In this document: positions 63,695 through 64,000 of the stretch, one piece after another
How positions within the stretch are numbered: position 1 is the first letter of the stretch
Layout: each line of letters opens with the position of its first letter
NCBI GenBank assembly: GCA_963676395.1
Contig: OY781066.1
Span: forward strand, 704,001-768,000
Reading direction: 5' to 3'
DNA from: a bacterium
Lineage (GTDB): Bacteria; Fidelibacterota; Fidelibacteria; Fidelibacterales; Fidelibacteraceae
Length of the DNA stretch: 64,000 bases
The notes under the pieces: generated by a model
The model's input: only the letters and a program-made list of their open reading frames with translations
The model's database searches: none
What the model was told of the DNA's origin: nothing
Made by a program: the position numbers and the translations under genes

Positions 63695-64000
63695 GTCTAT
63701 GTTTAATATAAAGTTTTGGAAATATTTGCTTAATATACCCTTTAAAATTCTTGTAATAGTAAAATGATTTTTTATTTTGCTTATTTATATCCTCCCAAAA
63801 CTTAGCCCAATCTGTATATTGATTCCATCTTTCATAAATCGTTTTAAATTCAAAATCTTTGGTTAATTTCCATATGTGCTTTGCTTCTATAGCTTGTATA
63901 CCCATATATTTTGATGAGCAAGGATTTTGATTAAAATGCAGGGCATAAATTAACCAATTGTCCTTCTCAAATTTTGGGATATACTTTTTTGTTGTCGTAA
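63681..64000 (-). CDS. C-terminal part of an unknown CDS (5' end outside the window)
   Basis: The frame of ORF 63681-63905 stays open to the window edge. Confidence 0.55.
   Translation of the reverse strand, partial: TTTKKYIPKFEKDNWLIYALHFNQNPCSSKYMGIQAIEAKHIWKLTKDFEFKTIYERWNQYTDWAKFWEDINKQNKKSFYYYKNFKGYIKQIFPKLYIKHRLDHE

Overview
AT-rich bacterial chromosomal window. An FCB-group organism is likely (inferred from the T9SS-like C-terminal domain, the DUF4159/DUF4175 pair and the AmgK-RapZ fusion). Most of it is housekeeping: acyl-CoA dehydrogenase/ETF, efp, gcvH/gcvPA, gmhA, xerD, rsgA, ychF, tig-clpP-clpX, groEL, tdk/udk/cdd and the start of a polysaccharide locus. The standout is a ~16 kb integron-like gene-cassette array at 8955-25001. 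A 279-aa tyrosine recombinase lacking the IntI-specific insertion is followed, in the same orientation, by a primary site (~9812-9876) and cassettes separated by ~130-bp attC-like folding repeats. Cassettes start with GTT-N6-AAT and end with ACT-N6'-AAC, where N6' is the reverse complement of the cassette's own N6, as expected for circular cassettes integrated at G|TT. Proximal cassettes carry anti-phage-like genes (Abi-alpha, DSR2-like SIR2, Septu-like ATPase+HNH, HD-CE/HSP90-like ATPase, HNH). Distal cassettes are eroded and non-defence. Smaller observations include a 25-bp-periodic palindrome family, MITE/REP-like intergenic repeats, a 15-aa insertion in GroEL and an Arg-type EF-P loop. All product calls come from motif recognition by eye, without database searches.
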